From: Paraphysomonas bandaiensis
Taxonomy: Eukaryota; Protista; Chrysophyceae
DNA: 64,000 nt
Assembly (NCBI GenBank): GCA_965644295.1
Contig: CBFFRP010000080.1
Coordinates: 310,001 to 374,000 of the forward strand
Reading direction: 5' to 3'
Made by a program: the position numbers and the translations under genes. Shown here one piece after another: positions 23,021 to 36,298 of this stretch (the stretch's first letter is position 1; the number at the start of each line of letters is the position of its first letter). Under the pieces are notes generated by a model. That model saw only the letters and a program-made list of their open reading frames with translations. It did no database searches and had not been told where the DNA came from.

Positions 23021-26000
23021 TTACGGTTTCGTACTATCAACAGTGATTTCCATATTTCCAGAACTACCGGAGGTTTTCGACTTTGAATCACCATCATATT
23101 CGTAATCTTTAGGCTTTTCTCTCTGCAGCAGACATTACTAAAATGGATCAAACACTGAAATTCATGTAATACCTCAAATACTTCGCCTTCTGCCATATTT
23201 TTCCGGGACTCGACGTAATCCAGCAGTTCTTGCACAGATACTGTACACAGAAACAAGGAAGATGTCAAAAACATGTCAAAAGCACAAGTAAAGGTGCAGT
23301 CATTCTATACACGTCGATCTACCTTTTCCATCGTTGTCTTTATCTAGAAGCTTCACGAGCTCGTGCGCTTCGTCCGATCCAGAGTGCTTGCGTAATACCT
23401 TCACAACTGCATCGGTTAGCTCTTCTGAGTTGAGGACACCGTCTCTGTCTTTGTCAAGTCGCTGGAGCTTATCCCCTAGAGCATTTTCGGTTTGGGTAAT
23501 GTGATACTCAAGTTTCTTCATCATCCCGTTCAGAGCGGATTTCATGCGAGTCATACTAGGGTCTTCACTTTCATCTTCCACCTCTTCTACATCTTGTTCA
23601 GAGGCATACTCCTCTGTTTCACACAACTACGGTCAGACTACATGTAATACTACCAAATTAGCAGCAAGTGCAACTATCGACTACTCGTTTACACAGGACA
23701 GCACATAAAATGTGGTTCAGTGAACAATGATTTTCACTACCTTTTCCATCTTCGGGTGGAGATGAACTCATATAATCCGATGCCGATTGCTTCTCGCGCT
23801 GTATGCTATCAGACACATCATCTTGAGACCGTCGGGTGGCCTCGGCCATGTCGAGATCGGCTTCGTATTCACTCTCCAGCGATCCAATCATCTCCTTCAG
23901 GACAGCCAACTGAAGTTTTTCTCGCTCAACCTGGAATAGCACGTCAAATATATCAGGTCATTGCAATAAGTGCAAAATACACAACAGCTGTGGATTATCT
24001 GTCTGATTCCACTGTCTGCACAAACCCGTGGTACTACGGTAGTGTGTGATACTTACAGCAGATATGTGAGTTAAATCGCTTAGAGCCTGCAATTCAGCCA
24101 CAGACAGCGGTCTGCATGGCTTCTCCGCAGCAGGAGCATCAGCTTCTTTTTCCTTATCCCCTGGTGACACTGGTACAGCATTTACTGCATCAACTTCGGA
24201 CTCTTTGCTGCTTCCAGGAGCAGCTGAAGGAGGACGCACAGGAGACGTTGCTTCAACTTCTACCACCCCCTTGTCTTCCCCAAATTCTTTCTCCTGCTGT
24301 ACAACCTCGGCCAAAGACAGCTGATCTGGACCCTCTACTTCCACAGTCGGTTGAGGTACTGTATCTCCAGGGTGAATCGCGCCTACCAATCGAGAGCCCG
24401 CGGACTGTTCAGTTTCCCCATCCGGCAAGGCCGTATGAGCAACAGGTACAACGATATCGGCCTTTTCGCGCCGTTGCTTTTCTTCTTCCTCTCGCTTCTG
24501 AGCCTCTGCGCTATCTTCTCGCTCCTCCCGAATTAACTATACGAACCACATTGTCAACATACACCACCAGTACAAATTCAACTACAAATTAATGAAACCG
24601 CAGACAGACAAGGTTCATCACAAGCAATACCTCATTTTGGTGTATAATCGACTCTAGCTTGCGCTTTTTAATCTCCGCCGTGTTTTCTCCAGCAAGTGCA
24701 CTGTCCACAATAACTTCATTGATGATATCATCATCTAGAGCGGACAGAGAGGTACGGAGGGTGTCTTCCGCGGTATATTTGGCGATATTCGCCTCAGTTG
24801 TTTTGAGTACAAATGCCCGAGACATAATCAACAGTGAGATAGGGATCTGTTTCTGCATTGACAGGTCTAGCCACTCTCGGATTTGTTTGCGATAACCAAA
24901 CGTGTTTAGTCCAGTCGCTCTCATACCGCGTTCCTGACCTACACCACACACAAACTACCATCAGAATGATCATAACAATTGTACATATGTCATTCTAATT
25001 TTCCTAATGGAATAAGGGCACTTACATGCATCTCTGAGCTCTTGAGAGGTAAGAGACTCCACACCTTCCCATAGGATTCTTTTGTCATCTTCCTTGATGC
25101 TTGTTATTTTGGTCCTCAACTATAATCACGGGTTACATACATACATTAACCGCAAGGTGAATGGGCACACAATGGTAGACGCATGGTTCGACTTGAAGGT
25201 AGCATATAAAATACTCTCGTACAACACTGTCTATCCTCGTGAACACATGCATACTAACCTGAAATCGAAGAAAAGCATCCGTCCCATAGGGAGCCAGGCC
25301 CATAAATTGACACATGGTAACAAGCTGGGGTCTTGATACGTTGCCCAGTGTAAGTTCATCCTTAAAAAGGCGAGATATGCGAAGTACAGCCTCGTTAGGA
25401 AGAACTTCTCCCATCTTAGCCTTTTCCATGAACTGAATCAACTGCGATAGGGTAATCAACGGTGAACCCATGATTGAAATACATATGTAGCAATTATGCG
25501 TCGGTTTATACAGACGAAAAAGCATGTATGCACATGTCAGTCGTATGTGTATGTTAAAGCGATGTATTGATGCAGCCACGAATACATTTGTATGATGCGC
25601 GTTGGACTAACCTCTGAGGCACTGGCCACTTCATCAGAATTAGAGGCTTTCTTCTTTTTCTCAGCCATCGACTGAAATGTTTCGATAAAAAATGTTGCAA
25701 CGCCAAGACGCATCGCCAACTCTTTTTTCAGAGCTTCTTCTTTCTTTAAAGAATCCTACACAAACAACAATAAAACCACAACACCAGATGCACATATTCA
25801 TACCTCAAACGTAGACGGTAACATATTCGGAAAAATTTTAATTGCCAACGGTAGCAAGAATTCGAGAAACGGCACAACAACGAAAACGGAAAAAGGAACC
25901 AAACGGACGAGATCTTGCGTAGTACGCAGAAGTTGGAGTCGTTCACGACGAGTCATATGATGGCCTTTCAGTACTCTAGACATAATTTCTGTCGCAGTTT

Positions 26001-26476
26001 TCACTTCGACCCACAGTAATTTTGATCCCACCTAGAGTATTAATCACACAATCGGGATCACTGTGAGAATATACAAACAAAGGTATAAGAAAACTTCATA
26101 CCCAGTAATGGTGAGCTTCATCTTTTACCGCTTGCCACATGTTACGAAGCTTGGAGGGTATTTGCGTGGGGTGACGCACGAAGTCATAAGACGACACCGC
26201 CAGTCGTTTGGTTAAATTTCCAACAGTCACAGCAGCGTCCCATGCTTTCTTCTTATAGTCGATCTTCTTCTTGCCGCCCTCTCCTTTCTTCTGAACAGGA
26301 CTCAGAGAGGGGTCCTTGTTCGTATTGTTTTGTTGAGAGGATGAAAAGGCCCTCACAGTGAAGTATAGAGGGCTCGTGGAGTGCAGTGGATGCAGCCGGT
26401 GAGCATATCTATGAGTATGAGCTGATAGTCCATAGCAGTGACGAGACAGAGCAGAGGCTACGCGTCGACGAATCAT
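23021..26476 (-). CDS. LETM1: LETM1/Mdm38 mitochondrial inner-membrane protein with C-terminal EF-hands, ~11 exons
   Basis: Presequence; KDEAHHYW|[42 protein letters not shown]...[39 protein letters not shown]; EF-hands DKDRDG and DKDNDG. Confidence 0.93.
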
Positions 26477-27145
26477 ACTATATCCGATACACTATTAAAT
26501 ACACCGCATAGTGACAGGAATGAATAGAGGAGAAGTGGGCTATGTGTGTTGTTGCTATGGGTGTACACTGTGTGTATGGGTGGCTTCTTCAGTGTGATTG
26601 CATGCCATGATGTATGTGTGTGTATGTATGTATATGTCTGTGCAGAGGTATATGCATGTGTGAAATGTATATGTATTGTATATACACACCGTAGTAGAGA
26701 GATGTACTGCAGTATGAGCACAGAGACGAACTCTTGTGTACATTGTGGTGTATACCGTGTATGGAGCTGTATACTGTGTAGGAATTCCTGCAGTGAAGGA
26801 ACGCTGTGTCCTCACCACCAGCAGATACGAGAAGTCCCGCTCTTCACACATTCATTGGCTGTCTTCTCCTTCTTCACATATGGACATGTGCAGAAGTACA
26901 TCCCTACACTCTGTATCCACAGGAGCAGCAGGAGAAGTACACGTACAGCGTACAGCACTTCTTAGTTATTTTTGAGTGGCCATTCTGCCTTCAGTATACA
27001 TACATGCACAGGAACTAACTCGAGAACACGGACCTCATCGCATATATCGCCTTAGAGGATTCAAATCTATTCCGCTTTGTTCGCAGAGACGAAATAGTTG
27101 TTGTAATCTTTTCATTCGCTGTGTAGTGGTCTCTGTGTGATACAT

Positions 27146-30100
27146 ATGCCGCGACAGGGAGGTCAAGGGAAGGGTGAGTTACTGGTAACAACAGCGCTGT
27201 ATTTCATGTTATGGTTAATCACAGGAAAGCCAAAGCTGAAAGACAGAGGCTTCGGCAAAGCTCTTCAGAAGAAACATGTGCAGGGCTCTCAGGGGATGAG
27301 CGGTGTAAGCACACGCGAGAAGGGCAATCTGATTTCTATACTGGACAACTCCTCATTGGTCAGTGCCCGTCACTACCACATGATATGTGCTTAACAGTGT
27401 GTAGGATGATTTTGTTAGCACTGCTATTATGGATGGCCGTGAAATTGAAGTTAAACGGTCGGTACACGTCTCTCTTGTTGCCTTCTCGTGAATTTAATAT
27501 GGAGAACAGAGTACACAAGAACCACGCATTTCTTGTGGAGCCAACGATCCATACAAACATGCAGACACTAAGGTTAGATCATGTAACTGATATGCGACAT
27601 GGTAGAGGGGTGTATATATTGCAATTGCTGTTGGTCAATGGCGCATGTTGCCAAGATTCAACAGCTTATTCTAACCGAAACAATCAGCATGGCGCAGTAT
27701 GATTTCGAGCACTTGAAAATTCCTCGTAAGCCTTCATGGACAAAAGATATGACCGCAGAAGAGGTGGATATGCGAGAGAGAGAGGCCTTCCTAAATTGGC
27801 GACGTGAAATTGCGGTACGCTTTTTTTGTATTGATGCGATATGTGATGTTAATCATTTAAAGAATGTGTCATGGTGCACATCTGCATATAATCCGTTTCG
27901 ATAATTTGTTGAACGCAGAGCATGGAGAATACAGTCACACACGCTAGGGCAACCCCCTTTGAGAAAAATCTGGAGGTCTGGAGACAGCTTTGGAGGGTAA
28001 TCGAGCGCTGCGATATTGCCATTCAAATCGTGGATGGAAGAAACCCTTTGCTCTACTAGTAAGCATGCCTTCCACGTATTGTATAAATTCGTACAGTGCA
28101 TTGTATGAACCACTTGGTAATATGAAAGTAAATTTCACATCGGTGTTGACCACTAAGATGATATAATCGTGATTAGTGTATACGCTTCTATATAAAACCT
28201 TGGATCTGCTTTATTCATATATAAAACTATGATCTACGAACATGATTCAGTCTTTAATCTGATACACATTGTCTGCTCTACAATATTATGTTTTTTGTTG
28301 TAAATGGTGTCGGAGTCTAATTTTGGGATCTATGCAGCTCTCGGGACCTTGTTGCCTATGCCGCTGAGCATAGCCCTCCTAGACCAATGATGATCCTAGT
28401 TAACAAGGCCGACTTTCTCACAGAGAGACAGCGCCGAGTGTGGGCCGAATATTTGACGCAAATGGGCATTAAATTTGCGTTTTACTCCGCCCACCGGGAA
28501 CAGGAAAAGTAAGTGGCAATATTCTTAAAAATTATTTCTGGAGAAGGTGCCTTTGCATTCTTACTTTTCCCTATTGAATCGTGTATTCATTGGTCTATGC
28601 ATCCCTTATTGTTTACTGACCTAGAATTGACGCTGCGGCTGCCTCAAAGAACACTGAAGCTACATCCCCTCGCGGAAACACACTTGAATATGACGATATG
28701 GATATTGCGAACTCCATCGTGCGAGGTGCGTTTTGTGCTATCATGTTGAGAGGGATTTTGCTGCAATTCAGATAATTTTTAGTGTTTTTTCTACCATATA
28801 ATCAAAGGTGTTGTAAGTTTGTAATGTCTACAGATCTAACGACATTGTCGCTGGAAGAAAGAAAACCCCAAAAGGAGCAAAAGACTGAATCATTAGATAC
28901 ATCAAAACTGGAATTCGTGTGGGGAGATATGGACACTCAGAGTACCCCCATAGATGGCGAGGGGAGTGAACCCACATCAAACACTTCTACCATTCCATCT
29001 ACCTCTTCCACCACTCGCAGCACTACACCCATTCGCCTGACACATGTATTGACCCGCGAGGAGTTAATCCACTTGATGAGTAACCTCCCTGGGTCACTGG
29101 GTGTGCAGCCGCAGCAGAGGCACCGCGGTAGAGTATGCGTAGGACTAGTCGGGTTTCCCAATGTTGGGAAAAGTTCAGTTATCAACAGTATTCTTGGCGT
29201 TTCCAAGTCATCCCATGGTACGCATTGGCGTCAGTAGTTGTTGTAGCATTTTAATTGTGGTGATACATCTATGTACATGTTGAGTGTATTTTTGTTGATA
29301 AATATATTGTTGTATAGGTGTTCATCGTGTTGCTGTTTCTTCCACGCCGGGAAAGACGAAGCACTTTCAAACCCTAGATGTGAACGAAAACCTGATGCTG
29401 TGCGATTGTCCTGGATTAGTGTTTCCTTCATTTATGAGCAGTAAAGCCGACATGCTTTGCTCTGGTGTGCTTCCTATTAATCAAATGAGAGACTATGTCG
29501 AGCCGGCGAATATCATTGCCAGTCGCGTACCTCAACATCTTTTGGAGGCTGCATATGGAATACGTATAAAGCGAGAGTTGGACATGAAGGATAGTCCTGA
29601 TCGTCCTCCAACCGCTCATGAACTGTTAAGTTCATTTTGCGCGGTCAGAGGATATATTACGAGTGGCACGGGGCGTTGGGACGAGTTTAGAGCTTGTAAG
29701 GAGATTCTGAGGGATTTTAATGACGGAAAAATTTTGTTTGTTGTCCCCCCTCCATCAATATCATTTGATACGAACAAGCCTGATGATTCCAAACCGTCAG
29801 CAGATGACAAGGACAATAAAGTTTGTGATGTAACAATGGAAGAGTGGCTGTCAGATATCGAACAAACAATGGCGCGCAGAGAAAAGGTAGCCACAAGGAT
29901 TGCCCAACAGAAGCTCCGTGCGATAGAAGAAGCTGAGGCGGCGGGACCCATAGTAGGTGCACAAGGGGACATGGTCTTCGGTGATGCAGAAGGATATGAT
30001 GTAATCGATCCAACGTGTGATGACTTTGAATATGTGGATGGTGACGCTGGAGGGTCTGTGGCGGATTCAACGAGCACATCCACTGGTAGGGAACACAAAC

Positions 30101-30375
30101 GACTGAAGCACTGGGGTAAGAAGAATAGAAAGCTAAGACAAAAAAACCCTTATGGTGAAGACGATTCCACTGGAATATCGTATACGGTTCACACAACCAA
30201 TCGAACTGGCATAGTTAGTGGACGGGGCGGAGGGTCGTCCAAACCCTCCAGGTCTAAGAGACAGGACCCTCATTTTAATCACAAGCATGAGACGTCATAT
30301 GTACGAGCACAACCTATTCCTGCTGCACCAGAGGTGGAGACAAAGAATTCTAGTAGCGTCACGTCTCAAAAGTAG
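27146..30375 (+). CDS. LSG1: Large subunit GTPase 1 (60S export GTPase), multi-exon
   Basis: IPRKPSW, EREAFLNWRR, TPFEKNLEVWRQLWRVIER, QIVDGRNPL, LVNKADFL, GLVGFPNVGKSS, TPGKTKHFQT, LCDCPGLVFP. Confidence 0.95.
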
Positions 30376-31165
30376 GTCATGAAAGCGTGTAGACACTGTT
30401 AGTAACAGCTTTTGTTATATTTCATACAATAACACTAATGGGTGCAACCATTTTCTAGCCTGTACAATAGATGTTAAGTTTAAAACGAAGGTGGCATCTA
30501 AGCTAAGTAGGCATTTCAGTTTCCATAAATTTCAATTTCACACAACATCGAATGGTTATTTTCCTTATATCGCTTTCATGAAGCTATGCCATTTGACTGG
30601 GTATTTTTCCGTGCCCCACAGCTACTCGGTATGTTTTAAGCATTGCATATTGCAGCAGTATAATGTATATATTAGAATATGGATCTTATTCTAGTATAAT
30701 CAGTATGTCACTTGAAGACAATGTACGAGAATACAGTGAAATATAGTGATGTACAAATGCTGTGATGATATTGAGAAACTGAAATAGTTTGATCTTTCAA
30801 GATATGTTCAGTAACGAGAGGTTCGCATATGTAGGATATTATGCAGGGATTATAATGAGTTAGTGTTGGTTATCACAACTTCGTGTAAACGATATTAATA
30901 AATCTATCTAGTCTTACGACAAATTCTCTCTGTGATCTAGCTTAAAATGAGCAATTCTCAATAGTATAACCTATTGCGTTCGTTTCATATATTGATCACG
31001 TGCTTTTTCAAGTGGCTATAGGGTATAGTACCTACGTATCGACCTTATCAAGATTACAACACAGAACAATATGGTTTATACGTTTATACTTTATAGTTTG
31101 AGTTATTTATCTCTCTATATCAGACCTAGGAGACGAACAATATATTAGTAATGTCTGATTAATAG

Positions 31166-31478
31166 CAGGGCTAGGAAACAATATATTGCAATACTATTTC
31201 TAGAAAGCGTTCCAACAATACTATTGATGGAGATATTGTTTTTAGGTTTTCATGTAGCGCTCGCTCTGCAGTACTCTATACACGTACAGTACTTCTCTTA
31301 ACATATATTTTTCTGTATGAATAGTTAAATATTAATGATGTATCAACGCTTGTGTTTAATTGCTGATTAGTGGCACTACTATATTGAAATAGTAATGTTG
31401 GACCGGTTTAAATGACTCCATCTATACTATTGATGAGGTGCTATCTAGCAAAATTGCAAAATATTGTTCCTAGCCATG
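31166..31478. mobile_element. hAT-like MITE
   Basis: Imperfect TIRs CAGGGCTAGGAAACAATATATTGCAAT / ATTGCAAAATATTGTTCCTAGCCATG. TSD not recognisable. A related end lies at ~16545-16660. Confidence 0.7.
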
Positions 31479-31919
31479 ATGCTGACTGCTGATACACATC
31501 ATCAAAATCACCTAGTGTCACAATATTATTTTAAAACTGTACAGCGCTTTTAGCGTTTAGCGGTATGTTATAAGGTAGCTATAACACGTTGAGATTTGTT
31601 GTACGATAGGCTATACATTATGCAATGAATAAATAATTGTGTGTAGTATGAAAGAAAAAGGAAATATATTCATTTACAAATAAACAAGAGTTTAATTCCT
31701 AGCTATTAGTTAGTGATTACTGTCGACTGCCGGTAAGACCTCAAGACCGATATCTAAATGATTTAAAGTAGACTGAATTCATGTAATATTTTGGTAATAG
31801 TGCGGTTTCATGATAAAGGAAAAACTTTATTAGTCTTAACTACTATTACGGATTCTCGACTGCAATCATTTTCCAAAAAAGTAAATGACATCTACTTCTA
31901 TTTCGCTGAACCGCAGCAA

Positions 31920-34238
31920 TTAAAACTCGTCATGATAGGAATCGGCGTCCAAATCCTCTTCATCCTCCTCCTCTTCCTCCTCAAGCTCGACCTCAATCTC
32001 CTCTGCAAGTTCCATCGATTCCAGATTCAAGTTACTGGCAATGGTTCGGTACATACGCTCCGCAAAGAGCTCAGTCTCGGTCTGCGCAAAGCCACTGCTG
32101 AGCAATGCCGTATCGTACAGCAGCCATGCAAGATCTTTGGTTGACTCCGCATCTGGTGCTGATTGGGCCAACGAGTTGAGCTCAATAATAATGGGGTGAC
32201 GAGGGTTCAACTCCAGCGTACGAGAAGCGGTCATCTGCTTCATGGCCTCAGGATTAGCGAAAGTCTGAGCACGCATAATGCGCTCCATATTTGCTGTGTT
32301 TCCATAGGCTCCAGTGACAATAACAGCCGGTGATGTCTCAACACGTTGAGAAACCGAAATCTTTCCGATTTTCCCGGAGAACAACTCCTTCAAATATTTG
32401 GTCAGAGGACGGAAGGTTTCCTTGTAAATCTTGGTGCGTTCCTTCACAATCTCCTCGTCCTCATCACCAAACTTGAGGCCCTCCTTGCTGAGAGACTGCA
32501 GTTTGTGGCCATCAAACTCTCCCAGATGCTGCATAGTGTACTCATCAATTGGCTCATCTAGGTACACCACTTCCACGTCCTTACGGCGTGCCTTCTCTAG
32601 GAAAGGACTCTTGGAGATAGATTCCATCGACTCTCCAGCAAGGAAGTAGATATCTGTCTGCCACTCAGGCATATTGCTAACATACTCATCCAGAGACACA
32701 AACTTGTCCTCAGATTTGCTAGTCTTATAGCGGAGTAACTTTGCTAGTTTCGATCGGTTCACACCGTCCTCAACAATACCCATTTTGATAGACTTACCAA
32801 ACTCCTTCCAGAATTTAATGTAAGGGGTGTCAGTCTCACCATCTTCAGCAGGGGCATTCGACAGCTTGCGTAGCATCTCCAAAGCCTTACGCACAAGCTT
32901 CTTGCTCATGACCTTGAGGATCTTGTGCTGCTGTAGAGTCTCACGAGAGACGTTTAGAGGGAGATCATCACTGTCAACAACACCACGAAGGAAATTGAGA
33001 TATCTTGGAAGAAGGTCCTCAAAGTCGTCCTGAATGAGCACCTTGCGGACATAAAGGCGAATACCAGCTACGCGGTTGTTGTAGTCGTCGTAAAGGTTGG
33101 AAGCAGAATCAGGGACAAATAGTATGCTCTTGAACTCGACTTCTCCCTCGGCCTTGAAGTGAATCCATGTATCGGTTTCGGTCCCATCCTTGGCGATACT
33201 GTTGTAGAAGTTGCGGTACTCATCATCGGACACCTCATCCTTATCACGGGCCCAGATGGCAACGTTGCTATTTATTCTGTGCCAATCCCACACATCAACC
33301 TTCTCAGTCCGCTTCTCGGTATCAATTTCCTCATCCTCCTCATCTTCCTCATCAACTTCGACGTCATCTTCGTCCTCGGTTTCATCCTCGTATTCTTCAT
33401 CTTCATCATCTACTTCAACAACCTCCTCCGTCTTCTTGTAAAGATGAATGGGGAAAGTGATAAACTCTGAGTACTTCTGAATCATCTCCTCGAGGCGCTC
33501 CTGCTTCAAGAACTCATGGGCATCATCCTTCAAGAACATAGTGATTTCAGTTCCACGTCCGAGGGTATTGCCACGGGGGTCCTTGGCCACAGTGAAAGAA
33601 GAATCAGCGGTGGACTCCCAGATGTGCTGATCATCGTCATTGTGCTTGGACACAACACGGACCTTGTCAGCAATCAGATACACAGAGTAGAAACCAACAC
33701 CAAATTGACCAATCAGCGACATGTCCTGCCCATCAGCCAGAGCTTCCACGAAATTAGTAGTACCGGATTTGGCGACTGTTCCAAGATTGTTCACCAGATC
33801 AGCTTTCGTCATTCCCACACCCGTATCTCTCACAGTGAGCGTCTTGAGGTCACTGTTGAACGAGATGCGAATCTCTAGATCCTTGGTGTCCCCCAACACA
33901 TCCTCAGGAGATGCAACAGAGAGGAATCTTATCTTATCAAGAGCATCTGATGCATTCGATATGAGCTCTCTTAAGAATATCTCTTTCTTCTTATAGAGAG
34001 AGTTGATGATGATATCCATCAGACGGTTCACCTCTGCCTGGAACTCAAACGTCTCCTGAGTGGTTGCTACGGCCTGTTCATGAGCCTCATCGAACCCATC
34101 CATAGCAAACTTTCTCTGAGATCCTCCAGACTCCTCTACCTCCATATCAGGCTCTTCATTGGCCAGTGCAGTGGATGTCGTGAGGACAAGCAGAGCACAT
34201 GCGGACACAAGAAATAAATGCTTAATAGAAAACTTCAT
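31920..34238 (-). CDS. HSP90B1: Endoplasmin / GRP94 (ER Hsp90), intronless
   Basis: Signal peptide [11 protein letters not shown]..., [61 protein letters not shown]-terminal HDEF. Confidence 0.97.
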   Translation of the reverse strand: MKFSIKHLFLVSACALLVLTTSTALANEEPDMEVEESGGSQRKFAMDGFDEAHEQAVATTQETFEFQAEVNRLMDIIINSLYKKKEIFLRELISNASDALDKIRFLSVASPEDVLGDTKDLEIRISFNSDLKTLTVRDTGVGMTKADLVNNLGTVAKSGTTNFVEALADGQDMSLIGQFGVGFYSVYLIADKVRVVSKHNDDDQHIWESTADSSFTVAKDPRGNTLGRGTEITMFLKDDAHEFLKQERLEEMIQKYSEFITFPIHLYKKTEEVVEVDDEDEEYEDETEDEDDVEVDEEDEEDEEIDTEKRTEKVDVWDWHRINSNVAIWARDKDEVSDDEYRNFYNSIAKDGTETDTWIHFKAEGEVEFKSILFVPDSASNLYDDYNNRVAGIRLYVRKVLIQDDFEDLLPRYLNFLRGVVDSDDLPLNVSRETLQQHKILKVMSKKLVRKALEMLRKLSNAPAEDGETDTPYIKFWKEFGKSIKMGIVEDGVNRSKLAKLLRYKTSKSEDKFVSLDEYVSNMPEWQTDIYFLAGESMESISKSPFLEKARRKDVEVVYLDEPIDEYTMQHLGEFDGHKLQSLSKEGLKFGDEDEEIVKERTKIYKETFRPLTKYLKELFSGKIGKISVSQRVETSPAVIVTGAYGNTANMERIMRAQTFANPEAMKQMTASRTLELNPRHPIIIELNSLAQSAPDAESTKDLAWLLYDTALLSSGFAQTETELFAERMYRTIASNLNLESMELAEEIEVELEEEEEEDEEDLDADSYHDEF

Positions 34239-34379
34239 AACGAATAAGTGCACAGAGCTAACTACTGTAGACAACAACTGATGCGGTAGCCTTCACTATG
34301 AACCAGATAATACTGTCCGTCTCTATAGGCGAATTCAAGTACTAATCTATTGACGAAGTCGAAGTGAAAAGGAGCGGCT

Positions 34380-34500
34380 GGGGTTCTAGAATGCAGGGAG
34401 GTGTGTACAACACACTGTGAAAACATGCCGCGTGGCAGCCGGACTTCTCGAAAATTGTGTACACAGCAACCAACATGGCGATCCTCGAAAAACAGTGTTT
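34380..34500. promoter_or_regulatory. Possible heat-shock-element-like TTCnnGAA motifs upstream of GRP94
   Basis: TTCTAGAA at ~34384 and TTCTCGAA at ~34445. Only two-unit elements, and similar motifs occur upstream of other genes. Confidence 0.3.
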
Positions 34501-35501
34501 TCAGGATGTTGTACATACGGTATACCGGTATACGTGGTATACCTCAACAGATAAAAAAACAGGACTCTCAAACAGAGTGTGGATGTCAGATATGGGCATC
34601 TCCAGAGTCAAGATACACACACAATGCCTCTGGATCTCATTGTGGACCATAGAACACTGGATTGCAGAGAACAGTTGCTTTTGATGCAATAATACAATAG
34701 GCTATGTCCACCAATGACCACCTGGCGGCTTGTCGACATGATTCAATAGGCTGAGTGCCTGCAATGACATGTATACGAGGCGGGAGTGTTGGATAGTGTA
34801 TGCACTTGTGGTTAGAGGGTCATGGTTAAGATAATTTCTGGAGAGAATTCTTCTAGAGAAGTCACCCAATGAGAAGTAACCATCTGTCATCAGCTCTCTC
34901 TACATCAGTGTGTGGTATCAATTATGGCGTGCAGCAGTGAGGGATTATGACGGCATTCAATTGGTGTGTATTGCGGTCCTAAATATTTAACACTCGTATG
35001 ACGTGTGGTTGACGGATCATATAATTTACTGAATTTTGTAATATTTAACAATAATAAGCCAGTTGGCATGAGGATATGTGATGGCTCAAGGTTGGAGTAC
35101 TTAGTATTTTATGTCGTATCAGTTCTACTCCTGTCGGTATTATTATTACCTGCTGTTAGCAGACACCAGTACTCTTAAACACAGTCGTGCTGAATTGACT
35201 ATCTGAAGTTTATTACGTAGTTTCCGACGAGAATCATGAGCGCATATATTCGTTATAGAAGGAGCGTGCCATGCAAGAGAATTGCGTTCTGCGTTTTAGA
35301 GAATGTGTGGATAGTTGGTAGGGTGATATATATATTTAATGCATACCATATTTATTGATTAAGCTCATGCTTTAGTAAAAGAAGTAGTCCGTGAGAAGCA
35401 TCAATATTTTGTACCTGTGCTGTGTTATTTTGCACTATCGAATAGTATTCCTCAATTTTCTCTATAATCGGCTGAGCAGATGTCTCCCTCACTATATTTA
35501 T

Positions 35502-35954
35502 CAGAGCCAGTCAACAGTATATTGCAATATATTGCCAACAAAATAAATAATAATAATATTTTCAACACCAATAATAATTACTAAATATGTTGAAATATAT
35601 TGTAATAGATTGATATATATTGGGCAATAATAAGAAGAAATGAGCTCGGTCGGTAGTTTACAGTTAGTAGAGGATACAACATAATGATGAAAACCCAATA
35701 ACAATGCAGCAACTAGTACTCTAAGTGTTCCAACTCTTTGTCGCTGTCGTCCTCATTCTTATGATCGGACAGTCCATCATCGATGACCTGTTGCACTGTC
35801 TTTGCGGTCCACAAGTGCTTGTTGAAGTGAAGGACCAGCAAAAGTTCGAGGCGACGTGGGGTAATTCCTTGTCGCAAGTGTGTCATGATAATCTTGGCTC
35901 TGCTGAACAGACGTCCACAATATATGCAATCCAATATATTTTTGACTGGCCCTG
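35502..35954 (-). mobile_element. Non-autonomous hAT element retaining the transposase C-terminal dimerization region
   Basis: TIRs CAGAGCCAGTCAACAGTATATTG / CAATATATTTTTGACTGGCCCTG; perfect 8-bp TSD ATATTTAT (35494-35501, 35955-35962); peptide CGRLFSRAKIIMTHLRQGITPRRLELLLVLHFNKHLW. Confidence 0.92.
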
Positions 35955-36298
35955 ATATTTATATTGCAACTCTATCATTTCTACATTTTTCTAAATGACA
36001 CTCACAAATACTTGCATTCTATATAGCATGACTATGTGCACCAACATATCCAAGAAATCTCGAAAAAAGTAGTATGGGGAATTGATTCAGATCCGTAACA
36101 CAGTCCAGTTTCGGGTGAACTCACTCGTCCTATCCATGAGATGCGCATACACTATAATTAAAAACTAGCCGCATAATTATATCTTACTGGTAGAATCGGC
36201 GCACACAAACTATCTAACAGCATATTGCATGTCGCTTGTATACATGATTCAGAGTATGACTCCAAATTATTCATATTGAACTTAAAAGCCTAAATAGA

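Noticed and set aside
31791-33996. Several plus-strand ORFs opposite GRP94
   Set aside because: Antisense shadows caused by the codon bias of the real gene.
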